From Candidatus Thorarchaeota archaeon (GTDB lineage Archaea; Asgardarchaeota; Thorarchaeia; Thorarchaeales; Thorarchaeaceae): a stretch of DNA of 64,000 nt. Under the pieces are notes generated by a model that worked only from the letters and a program-made list of their open reading frames with translations, ran no database searches and was not told where the DNA came from. Below are positions 1-10,663 of this stretch, piece after piece (position 1 is the first letter of the stretch; every line of letters starts with the position of its first letter). The stretch is taken from contig CAVSBO010000003.1 in the NCBI GenBank assembly GCA_963726195.1, positions 96,001 to 160,000 on the forward strand, given 5' to 3'. The position numbers were made by a program, and so were the translations under genes.

Positions 1-100
1 TGCATATTGCTGTCCTGCTCTAAAGCATGACTGTCAAAACCGATTGTGGCATCACGTTCAACCGATTTTGCTCGACTGCCAATCAGGCTGAAACGGATAC

Positions 101-547
101 TTGTGCCCTCTCCATTGCCAAACAAAAAGCCTATTCCAGAATAATGCTAATATATGCGTGACAATCCTGGACCATGGAGAAGGGTTGGTGGGAAATGGCA
201 TTAGTAACAACTTTCAGTACGGAATCAGTTTGGAAAGTGGGGTGTCAGGTTATCTGCTGTACAATAACTGGCTTGGTTCCAATGGCATAAATGCACGGGA
301 CGATGGCTTGGGGAACAGCTGGGATAACAGTGCAGGAGTTGGCAATTACTAGAGCGACTACTCGGGTCTTGGCGATTACACAGTTGCAGGCACTGGAGGG
401 AGTGCGGACCACTATCCCAACGGCACGATCCTTACATCTCCCTCGGGTCTGTATCAGCTTAGTCTCACGCTGTGGCTTTTGTTGTCGGTGGCCGTCCTCG
501 GCATACCTGTGTTTTTCATCATTCGGACAAAACGAATTCAATTGTGA
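101..547 (+). pseudogene. C-terminal remnant of NosD/parallel beta-helix surface protein with TM anchor
   Basis: NARDDGLGNSWDN..GNY[TAG 350-352]SDYSG..GSADHYP; TAG replaces the Trp of the GNYWSDY motif; frame continues to a TM segment and IIRTKRIQL*; 5' part degraded. Confidence 0.7.
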
Positions 548-791
548 GAGAGCAGACTGTGGACACGGGTCGTCAGTCCTCGGACAAGCCCCCCACTCTT
601 GAGGGCTTGTGGTCCTTAGTACGAGACCACATCGCTTCTTCGGTCTCCGCGGTCGGGTGGTTCCTACGTCTACTCTCACCGGAACGGATAAGAGAGTTGA
701 TTGTAATCACAAATCATTGATTGTGTTTGGTCGCCGCCTTGAATGAGCTGACTCGCCTTTTTGACGGCGGCCCGGGGATGGCGGTCAGCGA

Positions 792-2541
792 TTGTGGAGG
801 CGTCACGTCGTGGGTAGGTTTGTTGTTGGAATTGTCGTCTTGGCACTCCTGTTCAATAGTGCTGGTGCAGCATACGCCACAAGGAATGGCTGGCACACGA
901 TTGTGCAGGTCTATCAGTCGCACGCGCGGATAGAGATACACGGCAATAGTGATTTCGCAGGTCAGGCGTCTGCTGGTGGTTGGCCCGGAACCGGATCTCA
1001 GTCTAACCCATACATCATCCAAGGGTACAGCATAACTTCCGATTGGTCCAGTTGTATCGAGATCTGGGGCACAACCGTCTACTTCAGAATCCTAAACTGC
1101 CTTCTGACCATAACAAGCGACTCAGGTACATGCATCAGCATGTACTCCTTGATGAACGGATTGATAGAGCATTGCACGCTCATTTCTTCAGGCGCCGGTA
1201 TCGACGTCTATTCATTGCAGAATTGCGTCGTCCGGAACAACGTAGTGCAGGGTTCCAGAGTGGCTGTGTATCTCTCCACATGTTCGTCATGCACTTTCGA
1301 GAACAACGTGTTCAAGGATGGTGGGATTGCACTTTGGCCTATGGATCCTAGTGAGCTGACAAAACAGCTTTGTGAACAACACTGTTATGGGAAGAGCCCT
1401 CCGGTACTGTCTGAATGTCACAGGTGCGACCATATACGCCGCGGACTGCGGTCAGATTATTCTTGCAGGATGTACTGACGTCGTTGTCAAGAACGGCGTC
1501 TTCCTCAGCCTCGAGATGGGCTGTTCCATACTCTTCTCCACGCACTGCACGCTAGAGCATTGTCTGCTCTACGACAGTGACTTCGGTGTCCACATCATGT
1601 ATTCAAATGACACCCGCCTCCTTGATAGCAGGATTACCAAGAGCAACTACATGGGTGTTCTGATCAACTGCTCTGCTGGCTGCCTAATCGACGGCAACCG
1701 GATAGACTCCACCACTGGCAGCGGCATTGAGGGCTCTGAGTCGTCGGACTTATGCGTGAGCAACAACGTCATCTACAACAACTCGGAAGGCATACGACTA
1801 TACGCGACACATGGAGGCATGATTGCTAACAATAGTCTTCTTTCGGAATGGGGATGCCCCATCGAGCTGGTAACAGCGGTAGTGGGGCTTAGGCTCTTCA
1901 ACAATTCGATGAGTTCGACCACCCATTCGAATGCAACTGACAATGGAATCGCGAATGCGTGGGATGATGGCACAAGCTTAGGGAACGCGTGGCAGGACTA
2001 CGCAGGGTCGGGTCTGTACAACGTTTCCGGCACGGCAGGCAGCGTCGACCACTTCCCTCGGCACCTCAACCAGACCGAGATTGCTATGAGTCCGTGGATA
2101 AGCAGTCCATCAGACGTTTTCTACTATGGCACCACCGGAAACAGAATCAGTTGGTATGTCCAAGTCGATGGCCTTGGATCCTTCAAGGTCTTCAGAAACA
2201 ATGAGAAGGATGCTGTCCTATCGGGTCAGCTTGGTGAACCGTATCTCGACGTGGTGACCGTAAATGTCGATGGTTTGGCACCAATGGATGTGGCCTATAC
2301 GTTCACGCTGGTTGCGACGGACTCTCACGGCAGGCCCGTGACCGACACGGTCTATGTGTTCTCTCTTGGATCCACGACCGGCATTACGACTTCAAACATC
2401 ACCACTAATTCCACCAACAGCGGATTCGGGTCTCTATCTCAGATAAGTGGCGTGATCACGGCTGCCTCTGTCGCTGTAATAGTCGTTGTATCGATCTTAA
2501 TCTTCCGTGCAAGACCTAACGTCCGGCAAACGGTGGGCTAG
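792..2541 (+). CDS. NosD/right-handed beta-helix secreted protein with Ig-like domain and C-terminal TM anchor (frameshift ~1365)
   Basis: Signal peptide, GWPGTGSQSNPYII motif, PbH repeats, DNGIANAWDDG..GNAWQDY..DHFP, Thr-rich linker and TM; ORFs 792..1478 and 1372..2541 join. Confidence 0.75.
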
Positions 2542-2662
2542 GCGAACGTGATTCCTGGATGCTCTTTCATCGGGAACTCAACTATCATCATCTCAGACCA
2601 TAGACCGGTGTTGGCGAGAGGACTTCAGGCATGACTGACGCCCGATTCATTGTTCCACATCA

Positions 2663-2745
2663 GTGTTTCTCATGATTCGGACAAGACGATCTCAATAGGC
2701 AGAGAACGTATTGTAGATACCGAATTTCCTCTACTCGGGAAGTCG
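2663..2745 (+). repeat. Degenerate copy of the 3' end/UTR of the upstream NosD gene (~509-590)
   Basis: gtgtttctcatgattcggacaagacgatctcaatag (VFLMIRTRRSQ*) vs gtgtttttcatcattcggacaaaacgaattcaattg (VFFIIRTKRIQL*); similarity continues past the stop. Confidence 0.7.
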
Positions 2746-2784
2746 TCCGTAAGAGTGTGCCCATGGCCAATTGGTCAAGTAGAA

Positions 2785-4971
2785 TTACTTCCAAGCTGAG
2801 TCGTTCTTGGGCAGAGTCTCTTTCTGTGGCTCGGTTCTTTCGAACTTGGAGACGAGCTTGACGACGGATGGGAAGTCAATTCCCAATGCCTTGACCTTGT
2901 CTAAGGTGGGCACACCATTCCTGGTCCAGCCACGTCTCTTGTAAGCGGCGTCAGTGAGAAGCTTGTATTGTTCCTCTCTGTACTCTCTGAGTCTCTTTCG
3001 CTTGTCGCTGGTACCTATGCCTGCTGGGTCGGTTCCGACTTGCTCCTTGAGTTGCCTGTCGTATCTCTCCTGTCTGCTTTCGTACTCCCAATCCGTCACA
3101 GGGCCCATGCTTCGGTAGGGGGTATTAGAGTCATCCGCTCTTAGACCATGACCTTGACGGAGATTGAAGACTCTCTGCAGGTTGTACACACGCTCTGACT
3201 GAGTGATTAGGTCAGCACCAGTTACTTCCTTTCCAGTCATCGCCTTGAAGAACCTCGTATAGAATGCCACATGACCCGGAACCTTTGCCGGTTCTGAGGT
3301 CTGTTTGTTATCGGCCGGAACAACATCATTCCAAGGCAGCTTGCAGAGTCCGTTAAGGCCGAACCACGTTCTCCACATGGGGAAGTAGTGAAGTGCCTCA
3401 GCCTTCTTCTCGAAAGTCGGGAGATACTTATGGACTTGGTCCATGAATATGAGCCATGCCTCATCGTGCTGAGGCCCCTTGAGCGCGAGCCCGTATCCTC
3501 CCTGCTGAGCAAGGCTCTCCTTAGTGACATACTCGCTGTACTCGAGACCTTTGTGTTCCATGCCGATGTCTTGCATGAGTGACTTGTCGACCTTAAACTT
3601 GTCAGCAAAGTAGCTCTTCAGGTATCGGATGCCCTTGCCGAAATGCTGACCGCCAAAGCCCTCTCCACTTCCTATCTCGTGGAGCACTGACAAGACTTCG
3701 GCCACTGCTCCCCACTTGAGCTTGTGTCCACCCGTTGCTTTGTCGGTTATTTGACCGCCCTCGAACAGTTCCATGACGAAGCCCATGGTTGTGCCAAAGG
3801 AAATCGTGTCGATGCCGTAAGTATCGCAGTAGAAGTTGATCTCTGCGACGTCTCTTGCGTTGAAGATTGCAAGGTTGGAACCACAGCCAGCGATTGTCTC
3901 ATACTCTGGACCGTCAACTGTCACAGTTTTGCCCTTGAAGGGGCCCGTCGTTGGTACGAAACCCTCTATGCAGTGCGAGCAGTTGATAGCGCAGGAGATC
4001 CAGCACCCATCCCAACCCTTGCCTGTGTTGGTGTACATCTTCTCCCAAACATCGCCAGATAGACCCTTGGCTTCAGGGTCGCTGCCGGACCTGAAGTTAC
4101 GCGTTGGAAACAGATCGAACTCATTCATTATCGAAGGCAGGTGACCAGTGCCGATAACACGCATTCGGTTTTGCTTGGAGTCTAGTTCAATAATCTCTTG
4201 GCTGTGTTCCCTTCCGACAGCCTTCAGTGCTTCGGGGTCCGCAGGCCCATTCATGTCAGGAGTCATCTTGGCTTTCTTGACAACCAGAGCCTTGATCTTC
4301 TTGTCCCTGAACACGGTTCCCGCGCCTCCCCTGCCCGCCTGCTTGTAGTGAGGCTGTTTTCGCCATGTGTCATACCATGAGAAATCCAGGCAGCCCATCA
4401 GGGCGTGTTCTGCGCCAGGACCCGTGGTGACCACAGATATGTCCATGCCCGTCTTGGCTGTGTGACGTTCAGTGAGAAGCTTTGTCGTCATATGAGCGTA
4501 TTTGGGCAAGTCGGTTCCGTCAAGTATCTGGATCTTACCTTCATCGCCGTCAATGAACACATACACATCATTCTGACTCTTGCCTTGTATCTCCAAGGCA
4601 TCAAAGCCTGCAAACTTCAGGATGGGCCCGAAATACCCACCAACATTACTATCAATGATCAGGCCGGTCTGTGGTGATATGGTTGTGACAAGCGACTTAC
4701 CCGCCCCAGGATAGAGGGGCAAACCACCGAGAGGACCTGACGCGATGCAAATCTCATTCTCAGGGTCATTCCACTTGACAACCTTGTCCATCGGCAGGCT
4801 GTTCCACATGAGCCACAGGTCGAAGCCCTTGCCTCCTGTGAAGGTGTCCTTCATCTTTTGATCGACAGGCTTGACTGCAATGGCGTTCTTGCTGAGGTCG
4901 ATGTAAAGTGTCTGCCCTGCATATCCTTTGTTCACAGCCGGAATCTTGTAAGAGAACTCTTTCAGCACCAT
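2785..4971 (-). CDS. aor: Tungsten-dependent aldehyde:ferredoxin oxidoreductase family protein
   Basis: SNVGGYFG, QAGRGGAG, CWISCAINC, DGPEYET, CDTYGIDTIS, GLCKLPW, RRGWTRNGVPT motifs. Confidence 0.9.
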   Translation of the reverse strand: MVLKEFSYKIPAVNKGYAGQTLYIDLSKNAIAVKPVDQKMKDTFTGGKGFDLWLMWNSLPMDKVVKWNDPENEICIASGPLGGLPLYPGAGKSLVTTISPQTGLIIDSNVGGYFGPILKFAGFDALEIQGKSQNDVYVFIDGDEGKIQILDGTDLPKYAHMTTKLLTERHTAKTGMDISVVTTGPGAEHALMGCLDFSWYDTWRKQPHYKQAGRGGAGTVFRDKKIKALVVKKAKMTPDMNGPADPEALKAVGREHSQEIIELDSKQNRMRVIGTGHLPSIMNEFDLFPTRNFRSGSDPEAKGLSGDVWEKMYTNTGKGWDGCWISCAINCSHCIEGFVPTTGPFKGKTVTVDGPEYETIAGCGSNLAIFNARDVAEINFYCDTYGIDTISFGTTMGFVMELFEGGQITDKATGGHKLKWGAVAEVLSVLHEIGSGEGFGGQHFGKGIRYLKSYFADKFKVDKSLMQDIGMEHKGLEYSEYVTKESLAQQGGYGLALKGPQHDEAWLIFMDQVHKYLPTFEKKAEALHYFPMWRTWFGLNGLCKLPWNDVVPADNKQTSEPAKVPGHVAFYTRFFKAMTGKEVTGADLITQSERVYNLQRVFNLRQGHGLRADDSNTPYRSMGPVTDWEYESRQERYDRQLKEQVGTDPAGIGTSDKRKRLREYREEQYKLLTDAAYKRRGWTRNGVPTLDKVKALGIDFPSVVKLVSKFERTEPQKETLPKNDSAWK

Positions 4972-5203
4972 AGTTGGTCACCGCTTCCGTTAGTCGACAA
5001 CAACGTGCGAGGGCGCGCTCTCAATGATTTGACACGGATTCGTCTCACATTTTAGTCTTCGCCTAGATGACTTGTCTCAGCGTGCACGACCTATGCCATC
5101 CGTGAGTGGCTAATTGCTTCTCTCATTTAGATATGATGGAGCTGAGAGCGGCTTTGATGGTGCGTTCGATGGTCCGCGACCAAGAGCTCACGCTAGGAGA
5201 TGC

Positions 5204-5443
5204 CTAGCCACCGTATCTCTTTCCCATCGCATAGGCGTCAGCACAGTCTTCCGACTCCATGGGAAAGAAAGCATTGTCAGCGACCTTTGAGCAGTATATC
5301 ATATGTGTGCTCGATGCCTCTTTGTAGCACTTTTTGCAGTCTTTGCGAGCGGAAAGGCTTGTCAAGGCTTCATAGAGAACGATCCCAACAATACACGTTG
5401 ATACCGATGCCACTACCCATGCGATAGCCGCAACCAAACCCAT
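5204..5443 (-). CDS. Small single-TM Cys-containing hypothetical protein
   Basis: N-terminal hydrophobic helix followed by CKKC and two more Cys; ORF evidence only. Confidence 0.4.
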   Translation of the reverse strand: MGLVAAIAWVVASVSTCIVGIVLYEALTSLSARKDCKKCYKEASSTHMIYCSKVADNAFFPMESEDCADAYAMGKRYGG

Positions 5444-5729
5444 GGTTTGTCCTCCATCTTCAGCAGTCCTAATGAATACATATTGTATCTACGTATCTTT
5501 GCTCTTATGCGTTACCCTCTAATTGTGTCTTCGTGAAACGCAGTTCTGCAACGAAACGCTTGACAAAGGCATGTTGACAGACCTTGTCGTGTCTGTGCCT
5601 TGCCGCACCCGGCAAAGATATAATAATACCACAGGAGAACTGCCGGTCGGAATTCCGCTTCACAAATCCCTAAAACGGCTCAATTCGGATTGTTCTATGG
5701 ATTTGTCTGCTGCTAATGGGTGAAAGCGA

Positions 5730-6227
5730 ATGGAAGAGGTTCACACGCCAACATCAGCCTTTGCTCGAGAGATTGCAAGGCAACCTGGTGGAGAAGCCAT
5801 AAACAAGTGCATCCAGTGCGGCATATGCTCTGCTAGCTGTGCCGTCGCTAACGTATCAGACAAGTATCGCCCTCGTCAACTGATCCAGAAGATTCTGATT
5901 GGCGAGAGAAACGAGGTACTCAAGAGTGACCTTCCATGGCTCTGTATGACATGCAGGTTGTGTGAGGAGCGATGCCAAGAAGGCGTGAGCCCTGCTGAGA
6001 TATTCGAGGCCGTGCGACGCATCGCTGCTGAAGAGGGACACGTGCCCGATGTGTTCAATCGGACTGCTGACATGGTCCTTCGCGATGGGTGGATGCTGAA
6101 GGACTCTTTCACTGATTTCAATCAAGATGAGCGCAATGACTTGGGCCTAGATCCGGAATTAGGATGGGACAACGAGTTTACGAAGAAAGTGAAGGTTCGT
6201 TACTTCTCAGGAGGAAAAAAGAAGTGA
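5730..6227 (+). CDS. hdrC: Heterodisulfide reductase subunit C
   Basis: CIQCGICSASC and WLCMTCRLCEERC 4Fe-4S motifs; first gene of the operon. Confidence 0.9.
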   Translation: MEEVHTPTSAFAREIARQPGGEAINKCIQCGICSASCAVANVSDKYRPRQLIQKILIGERNEVLKSDLPWLCMTCRLCEERCQEGVSPAEIFEAVRRIAAEEGHVPDVFNRTADMVLRDGWMLKDSFTDFNQDERNDLGLDPELGWDNEFTKKVKVRYFSGGKKK

Positions 6228-7105
6228 AGGAGTACATCCTGTATACGGGATGCACCACACCTGTCAGGCATCCAGGGTACGAAGCTGCCACGAGGGCCGT
6301 GCTTGAGAAGCTGGGTGTGCACCTTGTCACCGTGAAAGGGATGAACTGCTGCGGAGCGCAGTACATCGAGTCCCTAAACAGAATGGCCTTTGCCGCGATG
6401 GGCGGACGCATCCTCGCTCTCGCTGAACGCGAAGGCAAAGACATTCTGGCGATATGCGGTGCGTGTTCGGGTTCTTTGAAGCACAACAAGCACCTTCTTG
6501 ATACAGATAAGAAAGTCAGGGACGAAGTGAACTCGCTTCTGGCAAGTGAGGGGCTCAAGTACACGGGAAAGGTTGACGTCAAACATCTCTTGCAGGTCAT
6601 GAGAGACGATATTGGTTATGATAAAATCAAGGCCGCAACTGTGAGACCGTACACGGGCATTCGTCTTGCCGCTCACTATGGGTGTCACGTCACGAGACCC
6701 TACGACATAGTGAAGGTTGATGACCCCGAGAACCCGACCGTCATAGACAAAATCATCGAAGCGGTCGGCGCTACACCAGTTGACTACCCGGGCAAGACAA
6801 GATGCTGCGGCGGACCCTTGCTAGCAATGGACCAAGATCTGGCTGGCAAGATCGGTATGGAGAAGATAAGGAACGTTAGGTCCGTCGGAGCCCAAGGCAT
6901 CGTTACGGCATGTGTGTTCTGTGATATTCAGCTCACCCAAGTGCAATTCGGAGAAGACATTCAGCCTGAGGAACGCATTCCGGTTATCACACTTCCACAA
7001 TTCATGGGCCCGGCGCTTGGAATAGGTGACCAGGCACTAGGCCTCTACCTCACGAAGATAAGCCCTGATCATATTCTTGAAGCATTGCAGGAGGCAAAAA
7101 CGTGA
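6224..7105 (+). CDS. hdrB: Heterodisulfide reductase subunit B
   Basis: YTGC, CCG, HYGCH, CCGG and TACVFC CCG-domain motifs; GTG start overlaps the hdrC stop. Confidence 0.92.
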   Translation: MKEYILYTGCTTPVRHPGYEAATRAVLEKLGVHLVTVKGMNCCGAQYIESLNRMAFAAMGGRILALAEREGKDILAICGACSGSLKHNKHLLDTDKKVRDEVNSLLASEGLKYTGKVDVKHLLQVMRDDIGYDKIKAATVRPYTGIRLAAHYGCHVTRPYDIVKVDDPENPTVIDKIIEAVGATPVDYPGKTRCCGGPLLAMDQDLAGKIGMEKIRNVRSVGAQGIVTACVFCDIQLTQVQFGEDIQPEERIPVITLPQFMGPALGIGDQALGLYLTKISPDHILEALQEAKT

Positions 7106-8442
7106 GCAAGACCGCAGGAAAGAAATCATCTTCCTCAACGAAATCCAAGGGGTCTCAGAATGCTCTGGTAATAGGCGGCGGTGTCGCAGGAATGCAGGCA
7201 TCGCTAGACTTAGCAAATCAGGGATTCAAGGTCTACTTGGTAGAGAAGTCACCATCCATAGGCGGACGGATGGCAATGCTGGACAAGACATTTCCCACCT
7301 TGGATTGCTCGGCTTGCATTTTGACTCCCAGATTGAGCGAAGTCACTCATCATCCTAACATCAAGCTGCTGACCTATTCAGAAGTAGAGTCAATCAGCGG
7401 CACTGCTGGCAGTTTCAAGGTGAAAGTGCTAAGAAAGGCGCGGTTTGTTCGAGAGGACAAGTGTTCAGGTTGCGCTGCATGTTTTGCTGAGTGTCCAGTC
7501 GAAGCACCAAACGAATTCGATTGGGGAATAGGATTCAGGAAGGCGATTTACATTTCATTCCCACAGGCAACACCGAACATATCTACAGTGGACAAGGCAA
7601 CTTGTATCAAGTGCAACCGTTGTGTCAAGGTATGCGAACGAGAAGCAATAGACCTGAACATGACGGACGAATACGTTGATCTCGATGTCGGTGCGATTGT
7701 TGTTGCCACTGGCTATCGCCTATTTGATGTCGTTGCATACCCACGGCTGGGTTATGGCAAGTATGCCAATGTCATTCATGCAATGGAGTTCGAGCGACTA
7801 ATCAATGCTGCAGGCCCCACAGGCGGCCATCTGATTAGACTGAGTGACGGAAAGATACCCAAGAGCGTTGGATTTGTCCAGTGCGTCGGCGCCAGAGACG
7901 TGAACAAAGGTGTGCCGTTCTGTTCGAGGGTGTGCTGTATGTACGGCATCAAGAACGCAGTGATGACAAAGGAGCACTATCCTGATACTGATGTCACCGT
8001 ATACTATGCAGACATCAGAGCTTTCGGGAAGGGATTCGAAGAATTCTATGAGACTGCACAGAGTCGGTTTGGAGTCAAGTTCATGAAGGGAAGGGTCGGT
8101 GAGGTGGCCGAGAACCCAACGAGCGAGGATTTGGTAGTTCGGGTGGAGGATGTCTTACATCACAAAGTGATGCAGGTACAGCATGACCTTGTCGTTCTGT
8201 GTCCAGGGCTTCAGCCGCCGAAGGACTTGGAAAGTCTTGCCAACCAACTGGGAGTTGACCTCAGCGAGGAGGGTTACATTGAGGCTCAGAACGTATTTTC
8301 AGGCCCAGTGGATACGAAGATTCCAGGCGTCTACGTATGTGGTTGCGCTGACGGTCCTAAGGATATCCCCGATTCAGTAACAGCAGGAAGTGCTGCGGCC
8401 ATGAGAACTAGCATAGTACTCGCAAAAGGAGGCGCCGCGTAA
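7102..8442 (+). CDS. hdrA: Heterodisulfide reductase subunit A-like flavoprotein (FAD domain + inserted 2x[4Fe-4S] ferredoxin)
   Basis: GGGVAG, LDKTFPTLDCSACIL, two ferredoxin motifs, CSRVCCMY, GPKDIPDS; lacks the N-terminal HdrA domain. Confidence 0.9.
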   Translation: MSKTAGKKSSSSTKSKGSQNALVIGGGVAGMQASLDLANQGFKVYLVEKSPSIGGRMAMLDKTFPTLDCSACILTPRLSEVTHHPNIKLLTYSEVESISGTAGSFKVKVLRKARFVREDKCSGCAACFAECPVEAPNEFDWGIGFRKAIYISFPQATPNISTVDKATCIKCNRCVKVCEREAIDLNMTDEYVDLDVGAIVVATGYRLFDVVAYPRLGYGKYANVIHAMEFERLINAAGPTGGHLIRLSDGKIPKSVGFVQCVGARDVNKGVPFCSRVCCMYGIKNAVMTKEHYPDTDVTVYYADIRAFGKGFEEFYETAQSRFGVKFMKGRVGEVAENPTSEDLVVRVEDVLHHKVMQVQHDLVVLCPGLQPPKDLESLANQLGVDLSEEGYIEAQNVFSGPVDTKIPGVYVCGCADGPKDIPDSVTAGSAAAMRTSIVLAKGGAA

Positions 8443-10190
8443 TGGCTACCAAGCAAACTCCTAGGATTGGAGTCTTTGTGTGTCACTGCGGGCACAACAT
8501 CGCTGGAGTCGTGGACGTGGCACGAGTGGCCAAGTCGGCGGAGACCTTGCCAAACGTGGTATTCGCAACTCACGAGATGTTCATGTGCTCAGATTCAGGC
8601 CAGAAGCTCATTAAGGACAAGATTGCTGAGCTCAACTTGAACCGAGTCGTTGTGGCCAGCTGCTCGCCGAGAATGCACGAGCCTACGTTCAGACGAGCCG
8701 TTGAGGAAGGAGGTTTGAACCGATATCTCTTCGAGCAGGTCAATCTCAGAGAGCACGTTTCATGGTGTCACATGCGCGAGCCCGAGGCGGCCACGAAAAA
8801 GGCGATAGATCTTGTTCGCATGTCTGTAACTCGTGCTGCCAAACTCGAGAGCTTGCCTATCAAGAGTGTGAAAGTCACTCCCAGAACTCTCGTTGTCGGT
8901 GGCGGGATTGCGGGCCTAACCGCCTCTCTCGATATAGCGGACAGAGGATTTGATGTCGTTCTCGTAGAAAAGCAGAAGGATCTGGGTGGGCACACAATCA
9001 AGTGGGATAGCCTATTCCCTACAGGAGAGAGTGGCACAGAAGTCATGAAACCCTTGATTCAGAAAGCAAAGACTCACAAGAGGATACAGGTGCTCACTGA
9101 CAGTGAGGTCACTAGCTTTGATGGATACATCGGAAACTTCGAAGCAACAATAAAGAACAAGTCGAATGGAACTAGCAAGAAGTTCGATGTCGGTGCCGTT
9201 ATCGTTACCACAGGGTTTGAACCTTTCAAACCTTCGGGCTACTTCTCATATGGTGATAGCCCTGACATCATGACACTGGCGGAATTCGAGGAACGGCCAA
9301 GGGATTCTCAGCTCTTGAAGCCGAGTGATGGTAGAACCGCCAAGAGGGTTGCATTCATCGGCTGCGTGGGATCCCGCGAACCCGGAAAGATCGGACATGA
9401 GCATTGTTCACGCTACTGCTGCACTGCCGTGTCAAAGGTGGCGGGAGACATCAGGGATAGGCTAGATGAAGTGCTGATTCTATACAAGGACATCCGCACT
9501 TATGGAAAGGGTCACGAGGAATTCTACAGACTAGCCCACGCTAAGAGTGTCATCTACTCAAGATACCCCACAGATGAGGAACCTTCCGTTAGTGTGAGAG
9601 ACGGTAAGATCGAGATTGACTGGAGAGACATCTTTGCAGACGAGCAGCTTCACTTCGAACCCGATCTCCTGATACTTGCTTCTGCCATGATGCCGCCTGA
9701 GGACATGGCGAACACTGCCAAGATGTTCAGTCTGACCCGAAGCGGTGATGGCTTCTTCAATCCTGAACACATTAAGCTGGCTCCTGTCACAACTCACACT
9801 GCAGGTATAATGATAGCAGGTGCTTCTCAGGCTGCCAAGAACGCTTCCGAATCGGTAATCGATGCAAGCGGAGCTGCAGCGAAGGCTGTTGGTCTGATGG
9901 CGAGAGGGCAGGTGGAGATTGAATCTACTGTTTCTCATGTGATTTCGGAACTGTGCTCCAGTTGTCGCACATGTGTCACGGCCTGTCCTTACGGAGCCAT
10001 TGCTATGGATGAGACCGAGAAACCTCCGGTAGCACTTGTGACAGAAGCAAAATGCCACGGTTGTGGAACCTGCGCTGCTGCGTGTCCGAGCAGTGCCATT
10101 ATCATGTATCATTCAACAGATGACCAGATTCTCACGATGGTCGAGGCGTACCTGTGTCCGCCCGTACCCGCTGAAGGAGGTGCCGCATGA
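8442..10190 (+). CDS. hdrA: Heterodisulfide reductase subunit A-like flavoprotein (N-terminal domain + FAD + C-terminal ferredoxin)
   Basis: RIGVFVCHCGHNI, ASCSPRMHEPTF, REHVSWCH, GGGIAG, CSRYCC, C-terminal 2x CxxCxxCxxxCP. Confidence 0.9.
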   Translation: MATKQTPRIGVFVCHCGHNIAGVVDVARVAKSAETLPNVVFATHEMFMCSDSGQKLIKDKIAELNLNRVVVASCSPRMHEPTFRRAVEEGGLNRYLFEQVNLREHVSWCHMREPEAATKKAIDLVRMSVTRAAKLESLPIKSVKVTPRTLVVGGGIAGLTASLDIADRGFDVVLVEKQKDLGGHTIKWDSLFPTGESGTEVMKPLIQKAKTHKRIQVLTDSEVTSFDGYIGNFEATIKNKSNGTSKKFDVGAVIVTTGFEPFKPSGYFSYGDSPDIMTLAEFEERPRDSQLLKPSDGRTAKRVAFIGCVGSREPGKIGHEHCSRYCCTAVSKVAGDIRDRLDEVLILYKDIRTYGKGHEEFYRLAHAKSVIYSRYPTDEEPSVSVRDGKIEIDWRDIFADEQLHFEPDLLILASAMMPPEDMANTAKMFSLTRSGDGFFNPEHIKLAPVTTHTAGIMIAGASQAAKNASESVIDASGAAAKAVGLMARGQVEIESTVSHVISELCSSCRTCVTACPYGAIAMDETEKPPVALVTEAKCHGCGTCAAACPSSAIIMYHSTDDQILTMVEAYLCPPVPAEGGAA

Positions 10191-10663
10191 TGGCTTCTGC
10201 GTCGGTACAGACAACTGACCAGACGACAGAACCACTGTCTGCCACTGGAGAAAAGCAATGGGAACCCAGGATTCTCGCGTACTGCTGTAACTGGTGCTCA
10301 TACGCCGGCGCTGATCTTGCTGGCACAAGCAGGATACAGTATCCTCCGAATGCAAGGATCCTCCGGGTGAATTGTACCGGACGCATCAGCCCTGAGTTCA
10401 TACTTGCCGCACTGGAAATGGGCGCAGACGGTGTCCTTGTATCGGGGTGTCACCCAGGTGATTGCCACTATACGAGCGGAAACCTAAAGCTTAGGGCCCG
10501 CTGGGCATTGCTTGAGAAGACAATCGAACAAGCCGGAGTAGATCCTCGACGTGTAAGACTGCAATGGGCGAGTGCGTCGGAAGCGCAGATATTCGCTGAT
10601 GGAGTGAGGACTCTCACAGAGCAGGTTCGTAAGCTTGGACCGATAGGGAGGGAATGGAAGTGA
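10187..10663 (+). CDS. mvhD: F420-non-reducing hydrogenase delta subunit (Cys form)
   Basis: CCNWCSYAGADLAG, VNCTGRI, GCHPGDCHY, WASASE. Confidence 0.93.
   Translation: MMASASVQTTDQTTEPLSATGEKQWEPRILAYCCNWCSYAGADLAGTSRIQYPPNARILRVNCTGRISPEFILAALEMGADGVLVSGCHPGDCHYTSGNLKLRARWALLEKTIEQAGVDPRRVRLQWASASEAQIFADGVRTLTEQVRKLGPIGREWK

Noticed and set aside
350-352. In-frame TAG as possible pyrrolysine
   Set aside because: It sits at the conserved Trp of GNYWSDY (TGG>TAG) in a gene already degraded upstream; no pyl genes in the window.
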